Shown: piece after piece, positions 19,753 through 31,110 of the stretch
Layout: each line of letters opens with the position of its first letter
How positions within the stretch are numbered: the first letter of the stretch is position 1
From: Pelagomonas calceolata
Taxonomy: Eukaryota
Assembly (NCBI GenBank): GCA_918797485.1
Contig: CAKKNE010000003.1
Span: forward strand, 1,736,001-1,800,000
DNA length: 64,000 nt
Direction: 5' to 3'
Program-made: the position numbers and the translations under genes
Notes under the pieces: model-generated
What the model was told of the DNA's origin: nothing
The model's input: only the letters and a program-made list of their open reading frames with translations
Databases searched by the model: none

Positions 19753-22700
19753 TCATGATTCTGTTACGGTGCTAGGGCTACATGGCCCTCCCTGAGGCGC
19801 ATCCACCCACCCCACGATCGGCACGCGCACCGTCCCGAACTGCGCCAGCACGTCGACGAACTCCTGGATGGGCCCCTGCGAGCCCGCGGTGTATTCGAGG
19901 AGCGCCTCCTCCGTTTCTCCCGGACTAATGGAATGGCGCGGCCGCTCCACGACCCTCAGGTTTTTCGAGGACACGTCGATGCGCACCTTGCCGCCCGGCC
20001 GCACCGTTATTGATAAAGGGATGTCGTAGACGCAGCCCAGCGCCGCCGACGGAATCTCGCAGACTTGCGGCTGGACGGTCAGTGGCGGCGGGTCGCGCCT
20101 TTTGGTGCGCTTTTTTACGGCCTGGACGGCGCTACCAGCGGGCAGCGGCGAGTCCGGAATTTCCGGAGCGGGCGCCGGCGCGTTCTTCTGCGCTTCCAGC
20201 CGCGCGTACATCTCCGCCTCGAGCTGTTGGGCTAATTTCGAGATGGGTGTCGGGTCCGTGGACGCCTTGCGCATGTCTTCCCTTGTCTTCTTCCGCCCCT
20301 CGTAGGGCGGCAGCGTCGCCATGAGCTCCTTGCCGTCCTCGGTCTCCCAGAACGCGCCCATGGGCAGCAAACCGCGGGCCTGGGGGCCCCGTTCCTTGGA
20401 CCGCTCCTGGACCTCATCTTCATAGTCCTGTCGCCGCTGCTCCGCCTCGAGGGCCCGTAGGCGCTTAGCCTCCTCCTCGGCCTCGTCCGCGGCGTCGAAG
20501 TCGTTCTCGCACTCCGCCAGCAGCCAGCGGAAGTCGCCGAACGAGATTTGCGACGCGTCGCGCTCGTCCTCTTCCATCTTACTGGCGATCGCTTCCTCCG
20601 TGACGTTCCGCCCCAGAATCTCCACGAGCGCGTGGCGACACCGCTCGACGCCGAGCGACCCGTCCCGCGACGGGTCGAAGGGCGGCGGCGCCTCGACGGT
20701 TTTGGTATCGCCCTCGGTCTCGGAAAACACCGTGCTGTCCTCCAGCAGCGACGCGGGCGCCGGCGCCGGCGCGGGCGCGAGCGCCGGCGCCGGCGCGCAG
20801 GCGATAGCAGCAGGTGCCGGCGCCAGGGCGTAGAGCCGCGCCGCCTCCTCCTGCTCTTCGATGGCCTCGAGGACCTGGCCCACGAAGACCTCCCGCGCGA
20901 AGGCCGTGTTCGGCGAGTCCTCGGGCGGCGGCGCTTCGGAGTCGCTGAAGCTCCCGATGGTCATCGTTTCGGTGGCCGTGCCGACCTCGGACATCCCGTC
21001 GCTGGAAAACGCCGGCGTCGACGCGCGCGTCGACACGGATTCGCGGCTCTCGCGCGACATGCGCTCCTGCTCGCGGCGTTTCGCGCGCCGCCGTCGCGCT
21101 TGCCGGGCCGCCTTGTAGGCTAGCTTCAACCGCTTCTGGACGGCGCGCTCGTTTTGGAGCGTCGCGTCGTTGCGCGGATCGTCGACGGCGAAGCGATCTA
21201 TATGAATTTCCCGCTCGCGCCGCCACTCGTCGCATTTCTTCAACGAATCTTGTATGGAGGCGCGGTCCTCTTCATTGAGTGACGGCGTCTCCACCAGCAC
21301 TCTCGAGACGCGCACGGTCGGCTTCACCGTCGATAAAGGTTGTGAAGGCGCATCCACAAGAGCGGAGGGCGGCGGCGCGTACGCGGTCCACGCCCGCCCC
21401 GTCCCGAAGGTGCTCTCGAAGAGATTTGATGAGGCGAGCACCTCGTAGGACGTAAGCGCACTCGAGACGCCGCCCTTCCGATCGCAATCGTCGAGGCAGT
21501 GGTCTTCCGTGGCATGCGGGTCCGCGGACCGCCCGAAGGCGACGGGTAGCACTTTGCGGGCCTCAACGTCTCTTGTCAAATCAGCCACGTCGGAATCCCG
21601 GAGCAGCTCGACCGCGGAGCCATCCCTCCCGATGCAGAAGCACCGCGGCGCCACGGGCGAGTTGACGACGGCCTCGGCCTTGACGCCCGCGGACACACCA
21701 GCTAATTCCACTTCGACGTCGCCCGCCTGCTTCCCGCACAAATGAGCCTTAAATATGTTGTATTCCGGGTCCTCCAAAGACATACTACCAGCAACGCAGT
21801 CGAAGCGGTAGGCGCCGGCCGCCGTGTCCGGCTCCGACTTGGCCTCATCATCAGACTCGTCGTCGTCGTGGGCCTCGCACCAGGGCGCTAACAACCCGTA
21901 GGGGTGGTGCTCGCCCCGCGCTTTCACGGAGCCGCCCTGGTAGAGCTCGGGCGGTCTCAAGGTAATAAGGCCGTCGTCTTGAGCTAATATCTCGGTACGA
22001 TCCGGCCTTAACAAAGCCAGGCGGCCCCGCACGGTAGCCGTCACGGACGTGTCGTAGGTCGCGACGACGCGCGAGCCATCTGGTAATGCTACTCTACACC
22101 TAATCCGTTCGCCTCCCTTGGCCACAGCCACTTGATGGCCCTGCGCGTGGGCCGTCGCCGTCGCGTCGATATCCGTATCGATCTCCACGGCGGCCAGGCC
22201 CGGGCATTCGACGATGACGTGGTGCTCGCACGTCCGAATTATCGTCCCGTCCGCGTGCTTGGCGAGCACAACGCCGTCCTCGAAGATTGTTAATGAAGTA
22301 TCGCCTCTCATCCAGACCCGGGCGCCCGTCGCGGCGTCCTTGACGCAGGCGCCTTCCAAGAGCGCCCACTCGAGGTCATCAGACGACGTCGAGTCGCTGT
22401 CCTGTCGAGCCACGCTCCCGTCCGCGAAGAGTAATTGGGCAGAACCGTCGCGCAGCCGCCGTACCACGACGCCGCCGCCGCAGACCACGCGCTCCTTTTC
22501 GTCGGCGACGCAAGCCGGTGCACCGGGTCCCACACCGACGTGGCGCATCCTCACCGAACCGTCGCAGCCGACGTCCACCGTTAATCCAGAGACGTCCGTG
22601 CTTCTGAGTACAACACTCGTCTCCTTGACGGCCGTGACGCGCGCACCGTCCGTAAACTCACAAGCGAAGTCCGCCGCGAAACCTTGGGTATCGGTTTGTT

Positions 22701-24951
22701 GGACCGACAGCCCCTTGGCGCGCCGCGCCGCGTTCGCGCCGTTGTCCCGCGCTCGTAAGCCAAACACGGTGCCGTTCTTCCGCACCGAAAGCCAGCCGTA
22801 GGCCTCGCCCATCGTCCGCAGTCGAACTAATGAATGGTCCGCCGGGAACAATAATGTAGTGCTTTCTTGGAGCTTTGCCAGATCGGGCGGCACGACGCGG
22901 GCAGTCCGAGCTGCCGTGGACCGCGGCGTCAGGAAGCCGTTATCATGTACATCTATTTTATCATTTGAACGTTTCGCATTGGCGTGCCAACCCGCGTAGG
23001 ACGGCCGCGCGCCTAGTGTCGGGTCCCAGACGACCTGGCCGCACCTGCCTCGGGCCGTGGGCTGGTGCGCTATCAATAATAACTCATCAGTGGGCGCGTA
23101 GTAGCTCTGGAGGAAGGTCGACTCGTCGGCGTGTTCACTCTTCAGCACCTGCTGCAGACTGTAGGACGAGATCTTCTCGGCTACGGTCCGGTCGTGGATC
23201 GAAGCGATGCGCCCGTCGACCGTCTCTTCCACAAACGCATTTTCCAGTAATTCATCAAAAACGCAGCGCTGTCTATAATTATCCACATCATTAGGTGAAT
23301 AAGTCGTGAAGGCCTGGAGCTCCGTGCGCTTGATGGCTCTTCCCTCGTCGCCCTCCTCGTCGACGACGGGGAGGCGGTCGCGGCCGCCTTGTATCAAATT
23401 CATCCGGGCGTGCGCGGCCCTATCTAGCGCAAGTAGCAGGCGGCTCCCCAGGCATTCTTCCGAAGAACGTCGCTGCTCCGCTCTCGCTAAACGCAATCCT
23501 TGGATATCATGACCGTCGAACGTTAAGTCCGAGGCTTCAAAGTCGCCGCTCAGGGCCGCCTCGGCCCGTTCGGGAGTCGTAGCGATGGGTAGTACCGAAG
23601 AGGCGTGCGGCAATAAAGCAGCTAGGGGCGAGGCCGCGGGCGGGTCGTCGTCGCTCCGCGGGGCGTCGCCGCCCGTCACGACCGCTTCGAGCAGGCAGTA
23701 CAGCAGCACGCCGACCGTGCACGCCGCCTCGGGGATATTTGAGGCAAGTTCGGCGTAGCGCTGCCTTCGACCACAAAGCTCCCAGGGCGTCTTCGTACGA
23801 GATAAAGATAACGAGGACGAGGCCGTGCCCGGTCTCGACTGTAATCCAGAACCCCTCGATTGGAGTACGGTGTCGCAGGCTCGTTGCGTGCTTTTCACCT
23901 TCTCCTTGTCCTCGGACGGGACGTCCACACTCACCACTTGTCTCACATACGACTTGAAAGCGCAGTGGCCGCACCCGAACGCGACCAATTGTTGTGTGAT
24001 GTCGAAGAGCCACTTTTTGGCGGCCTCCAGGGCTTTCTTCGCGGCTTCCTCTTCCTTCCTCTTGTGGTCGTCAAACGACCCGCCGCCCCCTTGCGGGCTC
24101 TTCGCCGCTTCGACGGGGGTTAACGCGATCTCGAGGAAGGCGACGTCGTTCCAGGCGTCCTGCTTTTCTCGTTGGGCATCATATAAAGCTTTTACTAGTT
24201 GAGGCGGCTTCTTTAGTGGATCGGTCAGGCACTGCGCATCTCTAGATTCTTTGTGGGCCTTGGCGATTTTTGTGGCATTGAGCGGAACTGTTTGAGAAGC
24301 GGACTCGGCCTCGGCGTCGTGATCCAAATTTGCAAGAGGTAAAATATCGAAGGCCAATTGGGGTTTGGAATGGGGGTACGCGATGCCGCCACCGCTCCCG
24401 CCGTCCTCGTTCTGAACAATAGTAACAATTGCATCCAACACGTTTTCATTTGATATCAGGTCGTCGGCCTCGTCTTTTGAGGCCGGGAAATCCTTTAGTA
24501 CGTAGACGATGTCCGGCGCGCCTCGGGCTTCCCGTTCCTGAGTGATCGGATTGACCGAGGACAGCTCCGAGTCGTCATCGAGGATGTCGCCGCGCGACTT
24601 GCGCTTCTCCCGCTCCTTCCGGGCCTTCTTCAGCGCTTTTAGCCTCTCGGCCTCCTGATCGAGGCGGTCCCGCAAGCCCTGGCGCCGGTCGCGCTGGATC
24701 TTGGCGGCCAGGGCCTTGCTCAGCTTGCCGCCGCTACTCAACTGGCTCTTCGCCACGAGTTCGACGCGCGTCCCCGCGACGTCCTGGTCACTCAGAGGCG
24801 TTAGCGTGGCGAGGGCCGCGTCGACGCTCTTCTTGGCGCCGTCGGTCGGTTTCAGCAGGACCACGAAGGGCCGCCACGGCAGGCCGGCGATTTCATCATC
24901 GTCCACGAGGCTGCCCCGCGAGCCGCGGCTCTTTCGTTTTGCCTTGGACAT
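19753..24951 (-). CDS. SPAG17: SPAG17/PF6-like flagellar central-pair protein, 1732 aa
   Basis: Repeated beta-hairpin motifs (LFADGS, HADGT, LPDGS), PRCFCIGRDGSAVELL resembling SPAG17, and a C-terminal PapD-like/ASH Ig domain. Confidence 0.7.
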   Translation of the reverse strand: MSKAKRKSRGSRGSLVDDDEIAGLPWRPFVVLLKPTDGAKKSVDAALATLTPLSDQDVAGTRVELVAKSQLSSGGKLSKALAAKIQRDRRQGLRDRLDQEAERLKALKKARKEREKRKSRGDILDDDSELSSVNPITQEREARGAPDIVYVLKDFPASKDEADDLISNENVLDAIVTIVQNEDGGSGGGIAYPHSKPQLAFDILPLANLDHDAEAESASQTVPLNATKIAKAHKESRDAQCLTDPLKKPPQLVKALYDAQREKQDAWNDVAFLEIALTPVEAAKSPQGGGGSFDDHKRKEEEAAKKALEAAKKWLFDITQQLVAFGCGHCAFKSYVRQVVSVDVPSEDKEKVKSTQRACDTVLQSRGSGLQSRPGTASSSLSLSRTKTPWELCGRRQRYAELASNIPEAACTVGVLLYCLLEAVVTGGDAPRSDDDPPAASPLAALLPHASSVLPIATTPERAEAALSGDFEASDLTFDGHDIQGLRLARAEQRRSSEECLGSRLLLALDRAAHARMNLIQGGRDRLPVVDEEGDEGRAIKRTELQAFTTYSPNDVDNYRQRCVFDELLENAFVEETVDGRIASIHDRTVAEKISSYSLQQVLKSEHADESTFLQSYYAPTDELLLIAHQPTARGRCGQVVWDPTLGARPSYAGWHANAKRSNDKIDVHDNGFLTPRSTAARTARVVPPDLAKLQESTTLLFPADHSLVRLRTMGEAYGWLSVRKNGTVFGLRARDNGANAARRAKGLSVQQTDTQGFAADFACEFTDGARVTAVKETSVVLRSTDVSGLTVDVGCDGSVRMRHVGVGPGAPACVADEKERVVCGGGVVVRRLRDGSAQLLFADGSVARQDSDSTSSDDLEWALLEGACVKDAATGARVWMRGDTSLTIFEDGVVLAKHADGTIIRTCEHHVIVECPGLAAVEIDTDIDATATAHAQGHQVAVAKGGERIRCRVALPDGSRVVATYDTSVTATVRGRLALLRPDRTEILAQDDGLITLRPPELYQGGSVKARGEHHPYGLLAPWCEAHDDDESDDEAKSEPDTAAGAYRFDCVAGSMSLEDPEYNIFKAHLCGKQAGDVEVELAGVSAGVKAEAVVNSPVAPRCFCIGRDGSAVELLRDSDVADLTRDVEARKVLPVAFGRSADPHATEDHCLDDCDRKGGVSSALTSYEVLASSNLFESTFGTGRAWTAYAPPPSALVDAPSQPLSTVKPTVRVSRVLVETPSLNEEDRASIQDSLKKCDEWRREREIHIDRFAVDDPRNDATLQNERAVQKRLKLAYKAARQARRRRAKRREQERMSRESRESVSTRASTPAFSSDGMSEVGTATETMTIGSFSDSEAPPPEDSPNTAFAREVFVGQVLEAIEEQEEAARLYALAPAPAAIACAPAPALAPAPAPAPASLLEDSTVFSETEGDTKTVEAPPPFDPSRDGSLGVERCRHALVEILGRNVTEEAIASKMEEDERDASQISFGDFRWLLAECENDFDAADEAEEEAKRLRALEAEQRRQDYEDEVQERSKERGPQARGLLPMGAFWETEDGKELMATLPPYEGRKKTREDMRKASTDPTPISKLAQQLEAEMYARLEAQKNAPAPAPEIPDSPLPAGSAVQAVKKRTKRRDPPPLTVQPQVCEIPSAALGCVYDIPLSITVRPGGKVRIDVSSKNLRVVERPRHSISPGETEEALLEYTAGSQGPIQEFVDVLAQFGTVRVPIVGWVDAPQGGPCSPSTVTES

Positions 24952-25485
24952 TGTGTGCTACGGCGCGTCGGCTCCGCGGCTAGGCTGCCTAGCTCTAAGC
25001 AAAGCAAAGGGGGCTGCCCCTGCCGGCTAGCTCGTGCGCCGCGTGGGTGTGCGGCTGCAGGCGTGAGGACGTGCGACTTACTGTCAAGCCACAGCGGTGC
25101 CTCGACGGCTGCCCGTCGCACGGCTGCCCGTCGCACGGACAAAACCAGCGCTATGCGCTAAACTCAGCCTAAAATCGTCGCGGCTTGGGCGCTAATCGAG
25201 TCTTGGCAGGACGTTTCGTGGTCAAATAAGCCGTATTGGAGTGATCCTACCCGTGCTAAAAAAATCAAATACACTAAACGGGTCTGCGGTGAGGGTTTGG
25301 TTTGATCGAGTCGTTGCCCTTGTGCCAGCCTGCTGGCCGTGAATGCTGGTGCAAGAACAACTTGAGTGACTCACAAGCGAGCAGTTTTAAATTCGAGCTT
25401 CAGCGCGTGCCTTAGGGACACAAGAGGGCAGTCCAGCAGCTCACACCGCACTGGCTACAACGTAGCGGCTGCGCGACACCAAGAG

Positions 25486-28400
25486 ATGTCCTTCGCGAGA
25501 CGGACAGCCGCCGTCGTCCAGCAGTGCTCGCGCAAACAACCGCGGCAGCCGGTCAGCCGCCGGCGCAGCGACGAGGCGGTCGACGAGCCGCCGCGGCAGC
25601 ACATGAGCCGGCCGCAGCAACTGAGCCGGCCGTCCCTGACCACGTTCGAGGACCGCGTCACGAGCGTCACCCAGGAACTGGTCGGCGCCTACGCCCAGCG
25701 GACGACGCTGCTCGAGGCCGAGGTCAGCGGCCTACGATCAGATTTGGAGCAGCGCAAACGGGCGGAGGCCGAGGTCGCGGCCGAGCGCGACCGCCTGGAG
25801 GATCTGTTGAGAAGGTGCGACGCGGACCTGGACGAGGAGCGCGCGGCGGCGCGAGAAGCCTTGCTCGCCGTCGAGCTCGTCGAGGAGGCGCTCCGTGCGT
25901 CGGGCGCGCACGACGACTTCGGGTCTGATAGTGACGAGTCCTGGGCAGACAAAGACGGCCTCGTCGCGACGCCCTCGCCCTTCGCGCGCGAGACGCCGCC
26001 GCGGACGCCCTCGGCGCCGACGGCGCGCCGCGCGACGCTGCTCGGCGCGCGCGCGCGCCGCGAGCTCAAGCGCTGGACAGCGCGGCGCGAGCGCGCCGTG
26101 AACGCGGCGGCCGACGCCGACGCGGCCGTGAACGCGCGCCAGGCGCACGTCGACGCGCGGGCCGCGGACGACGAGGTCAGCCGCGGCCGCCTCGGCCAGC
26201 TGCGCGTCGCCGCGGCCGAGGCGCTGCGCGCGCTGTCGCGGCCCGCCGACGACGCTTCGACGGACGAATTAGATATGCGCGTCCGGGCCGCGCGCGACGC
26301 GCTCAGGCGCGTGGCCGCGACGATCGCGCGCGATTTGGCGGACCTCGACGTGCGCGAGGCGGCGCTGAGCGCGCGCGAACTTTCAGGGGATGCGCTGCGG
26401 GGCGGCGTCGACAACTGGCGGGGCCGCGCCGCGGCCGCGCGCCGTGCGTGCGCCGCCGACGAGGCGCGCAAGGCCGTCGTCGCGGAGCAGGTCGCCGCCT
26501 TGGAAAACGAGCGCCGGCGCCGCGAGGAGGTCAAGGCGCGCCAGGAGCGGGCGCTGGCCAAGCTGACGGCGGCGACCGCCGCCGCCGAGGCGCGCGCGCG
26601 GGACGCGCTCGACGAGACGACGCGGGCGACCGACGCCGCCGCGCGGTCGACGGCCGTCGCGGACCAGGCGGCCCTGGCCGAGGAAGACAACGCTCGCCGG
26701 CGAACTGAGGCCGAGGCGGCGCGCATCGCGGCGGAGGAGCGCGCTGCGCGCGCCGAGGCCGCGGCATTGGCTTCGGAGGCGCGGGCGGCGTCATTGCTCG
26801 CGAGGGAACAGAACGCCGCGCGCTCCCTCAAGCACTTCGCTGATGATTTGGCGCGGCGGCGGCGCGCCGCGGCCGCGGGCGACGCGTTATTCGTCGCGCA
26901 CGGCGCCGCGCGGCGCGCCGAGGCCGTCGCTACGACCGCCGCGACCGTCGCGACAGCCACGACGCGCATGGCGGCGGCGACCTTCGCGACCTTCGCGGCG
27001 GAGGAAACGACGCGGGAGAGCCTCCGGGCCGCCGACGCCGCCAAGGACTTAAGAGAGTTGCGCCTCGCGGCGGCCTCCGCGGCGACGGCGGCGCGCGACG
27101 CGGCCCTCGCCGAGGGCCGGCGGCTCGAGGCCTCGGCGGCGCAGATTCGGGCCGCGTCCGACGAGCGCGCGCTGCTCGCCGACGCCCGGGACGAGGAGAC
27201 CCTGGCGGCCCTGCGCGAGGCCCACACGCAGCGGAAAAGCGCCGAGGCCGATCGGAAGAATGCGGACGACGTCGCGCTCGCGCAGCGCGCGGTCGACGCG
27301 GCCCTGGCGGCTCAAAAATGCGCCATCGACGAAGCGGACGCGCAGAGCCGCCGGGAGCTGGCCGAGACGGCCGCCGCCGCGCGCGACGAGCTTGCCGTCG
27401 CGAGAAAGGCCCTGGACGCGGACCGCGAGGCGCTCGCCGCGCGGTGCCGCGAGGCCGACCAACAAACCCAGCGCGACGCCGCCTGGCACAAAGCAACAAC
27501 CAAAGCGACGAAGGCGCGCGAGGCGGCGTCCGTCGAGGAGGCCGAGCGTCTGGAGACGCAGCGCCAGGCCCTCGAGACCGAGGCGTCGAGGCTGGTGGAG
27601 CGGGAGCGAGCCCTCGAGGCCGAATCCGAGAAGCTGAGGGTCGCGACGGAGGACCTCGCGGCGGAGGTAGACGAGGCAGCGCGCGCGGCTACGGAGGCGT
27701 CGGCGCAGCAGGCCGCCGCCGCGGCCCGGGCCGCCCAAGTCGAGGCGGCCGCCGCATCGCTCAAGAGCGATCGAGCCGCCTTCGAGCAACGGCGGGCGGA
27801 CCTCGCGAAAGCCGTCAAGGGCGAGGCGGCCCAGGTCGCCGCGCGTACTCACGAGGCCGACCTGCGCGTCGCCGAGGCCGTCGCGGCCGAGGGCGCCGCG
27901 CGGGCCCAAGTATCGCAATTGGAGGAGGGCTCCGCGGCAGACGCGGCCGTCGGCGACGCTTTGAAAGCTGAGGCGGCCCGCCTCGCGTCGCTGTACGACG
28001 ACGCGCTCCGCGCCGACTCGGACGCGCGGCGGACGGCGCGCGCGACCGCGATGCGAGCGGACGCGGCGGCGGCCGACGTGGCCGCGCGGCGCGCCCACGT
28101 CGAGGACCGCTGCCGCGCCGCGGACGAGCGCCTCGCCAAGGCCGACGCCGCGATCGCCGACGCTATTCAAGCGAGAGACGACGCTCTGTTGAAGGCGAAG
28201 CAGGCGCAGCACCACGCCGAGCAGGCCCTGGCGACGCAGAAGCAGTGCGACGCGCACGAGCTCGCGCTGCAGGGCAAGCTCGAGACGGCGTCGACCGCGG
28301 AGGCCCTGGCGCGGAAGGAGGCCTCCAGTATTCTCGACGTGGCGCGCCAGGAGGCTTCTACTATTTTGGAAGAAGCCAAGGGCCGCGTGACGGCGGCGGA

Positions 28401-30292
28401 ACGGGAAGCGACCACGATCGAGGGCGAGGTCGCGGCGCTGCGAGCCAAGTGCGCCGCCGAGGCGTCGACGCACGACGCGCGCGTCGCCGAAGCTCGAAGA
28501 GTGACGGCGGCGCTCGAGAAGGACGCCGAGGCCTGGGCAGGCCGCGCCAAGGCGAGCCGCGAGGAGTGCGAGCGCGCCGAGCGCGACCTGAGCGACCTGC
28601 GCGACCAGAACGCGGCGCAGAGCACGGCCCTGATCAAGGCGACGGACACGGCCCAGGCGGACCGCGCGTACTCGCCTGTGTGGAAATCAAAATTATACGG
28701 CGCGTTCGCGCTGAATCGTCGCGTTTTGGCCCCGGCACACTGGTTGATTTCCACACAGGTCGCGGGACGCCATGCTCGAGGCGGCTCAAGCCCACCTCGA
28801 TTTCGCGGCGCGGACGAGGAAGGAGGCCGAAGAATCGGCCGCGCGCGACTCCAGGGCCCTCGCCGAAAAGCGGACGCTGGAAGATGCGGAGCGGGATGCG
28901 CGCGAGGCGCGGCTCGTCGGGGACCTCGAGGCGAAGATTCGGGAGTTGGAGGAGACGCGCCGCGCGAAAGAGGCCGAGTTCGACGCGGCGCGGCGCCAGG
29001 CGCGGGACAAAGCAGACAATCTGCAGCAGCGCGCCGACGCCGAGGAGGCGCGATTACGTTCTGCAAGTTCGCAGGCCGACGTCGCCGCGTCGCGGTTGGC
29101 CGCCATCGAGGCGCGGTGCGCGGAGCTCGACACGCGGTCGGCGCAGTACCTCGAGGAGGCCAAGCGGGAGATCGACCGCGCGGCACAGAAGACGGCCGCC
29201 GCCGACCTGGCCGCGGAGCAGGCCCGAGCGCTGGCGGGCGGCGCGCGCCGGGAGATCGACGACGCCGAGCGCACGGCGCGGGCGGAGGTCGCTAAGGCCG
29301 AGTCCGCGGCGGCGGCGGCGCTCGGGCGCGCGGAAGCCGCGGAGGCGGATGCTCGTCGGCAGCGGGACTTAGCCGCGGCGGCCGAAGCCTCGTCACGCGA
29401 CCGGGCCGACGAGGCGGCGCGAGCCTTTGCGGAGCGGGATAAGCACGTCGCGATGACTGAGGCACTGCGCGCTGCCGCCAAGAACGCCGAGAACGAAGCC
29501 AAGGCAGCACAGTCCCGGGCTGACAAGGCCGACGCCGCGCGCGAGGCGGCGAAGCGGCATGCCGCCCGGGCCGCCGACGACGCGGTGCGCGCTGCCTCCG
29601 AGCGCGAGCGGCAACACCTCGAGGAGGCGGTGGCCGCGGCCGACGCGGCGGGCGCCGCGCGCGCCGGCAAGCTGCTAGAAAGCACGCTTCGCTTAGTGGC
29701 GACCAAAGACGAGCAACTCCAGGACGCGCGTGCGAAGCTCGACGCGGCGACGCGAGAAGTGTCGGAAGCGCGGGCGACCGTGCGCCGGGAGATCAGCGAC
29801 GCGAAAACGCGCCTCGAGGCGGAACGGGAGCAAGCCTTGCAGGCGCTCGAGTCGGTGCGGCGGGATTTAGTTAGAGAGAAGGAGCTGCTCGACGTCCAGC
29901 GGAGCGAGCTCGCCGTGCGGACGGAGGAAGCTTCTGAAGCGCTACGGAACTACCCGACGCCCGCGGACGCGCAACGAGCTGTCTCCCGCCTGGAAAGCGC
30001 ACTGCGGCCGACGCAGCCGCTGGCGCGCGAGATATTTCCCGGGAACCTTCCTCTGACGCCTCCGCGACGACGGCGCGTCGTCGACGAGGACCGCCTGACG
30101 CCGCCGCGGGACGACCCGCGGCGCAAGCCTATGCTGCGGCGTGGGCTCTCGGCGATCGTGGGCGTGGCGAGTCGTCGGCGGGCGGCGCGGGCTGTGGCTG
30201 ATATAGGCGACCGCAATCGGTTGCGCGCCGCGCTTTCGGTCTGGACGCGCAGACATTCGCCGCGGGGCGTGAGTTTTAATTTGAACGTGTGA
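25486..30292 (+). CDS. Long coiled-coil protein, about 1571 aa (exons 25486-28667, 28759-30292; alternative start 25603)
   Basis: ORFs 25366..29295 and 28772..30292 join in frame (...QADRA|SRDAMLEAAQ...) after removal of a 91-bp GT-AG intron. Confidence 0.8.
28668..28758 (+). mobile_element. Young introner element (91-bp GT-AG intron, phase 2) with a perfect 16-bp TIR
   Basis: CCTGTGTGGAAATCAA (28675-28690) and TTGATTTCCACACAGG (28744-28759) are exact reverse complements. The acceptor AG lies inside the right TIR, and the donor GT is 8 nt before CTGTGTGG. Confidence 0.92.
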
Positions 30293-30540
30293 ACTACAAT
30301 CTAGCGAACGGTACTCGTCCTGTCGGCTTTTCTGGACCCCATTTCCCTCAATCCCATCCCCTATAATCGGCGAGTAAACCCGAATCGTGAGAATTTTATT
30401 GCGGCAAAACGCGAGCGCTATAAACGCACGATCCTGCGTCCAATTGCACACACGCACAGAAGCCAAAACGCGCGCTGGTACGCCAAACAAGAGACCTAGC
30501 TCACATCACAGGTGTAACTCCTCTGAACCACAACAGCACG

Positions 30541-31032
30541 ATGCCTAAATCGTACAACACAATACCAACGCACGAGGCCGACGCGCCCAAGCAGACCAAG
30601 TCCTTGAAGGGCCTCGTCGCCGGCTCGGCCCTCGCGGCCTTCGCGCTCGGCGTATTAGCCGTGACGGCGGTGCGCGCGCCCGCCGCCACGCCCCTTGACG
30701 AGCAGAGCGTCGGCGAACTCGTGCTGAACAATTGCCCGATGAAGACCATCGAACCTTGGGCCACGTCTTCCGGCCATTACGGCGCAGCCGATCCGTCGTA
30801 CATCACCCAGGATTGCACGAAAGTCAAGTGGGACGACGACGGGGCGATGGGACAAGGCTGGTACTGCCAAGGCCTCTCCGACAAAAAGATCATCTTAAAC
30901 ACCGAAGGATACAGATTCAAAGCGAGTGACAACGACGTTCCCTACGCCGCCTCGTGCATCCACTTCGACTGTGAGGCCGGCGCCGGCTACAACGACCAGT
31001 TGGAGATGTGGCAGTGCAACGATGACTTTTGA
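30541..31032 (+). CDS. Small type II membrane protein with a 6-Cys ectodomain, 163 aa
   Basis: Cytosolic N-terminus with YNTI (YxxPhi), one hydrophobic helix (GLVAGSALAAFALGVLAVTAV), then a Cys/Trp-containing domain. Confidence 0.75.
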   Translation: MPKSYNTIPTHEADAPKQTKSLKGLVAGSALAAFALGVLAVTAVRAPAATPLDEQSVGELVLNNCPMKTIEPWATSSGHYGAADPSYITQDCTKVKWDDDGAMGQGWYCQGLSDKKIILNTEGYRFKASDNDVPYAASCIHFDCEAGAGYNDQLEMWQCNDDF

Positions 31033-31110
31033 ACCAAGATGGCTAGGACGCCGCCCCCGACCCCCCATCCCCTCCCGCCCCTCCTCGTAAGTACTTCGGT
31101 GCACAACAAA

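Noticed and set aside
25105..25138. 15-bp tandem repeat ACGGCTGCCCGTCGC x2 in the SPAG17 promoter
   Set aside because: A single short slippage duplication with no further support for function.
28672..28762. TCG direct repeat flanking the 16-bp TIR as a 3-bp target-site duplication
   Set aside because: Too short to be significant and not reproduced at other copies. The 8-nt donor spacing fits a decayed longer TSD better, and no perfect TSD can be shown.
28668..29295. Apparent frameshift or pseudogene between ORFs 25366..29295 and 28772..30292 (also at 33476 and 57101-57672)
   Set aside because: Fully explained by introner introns that restore the frame.
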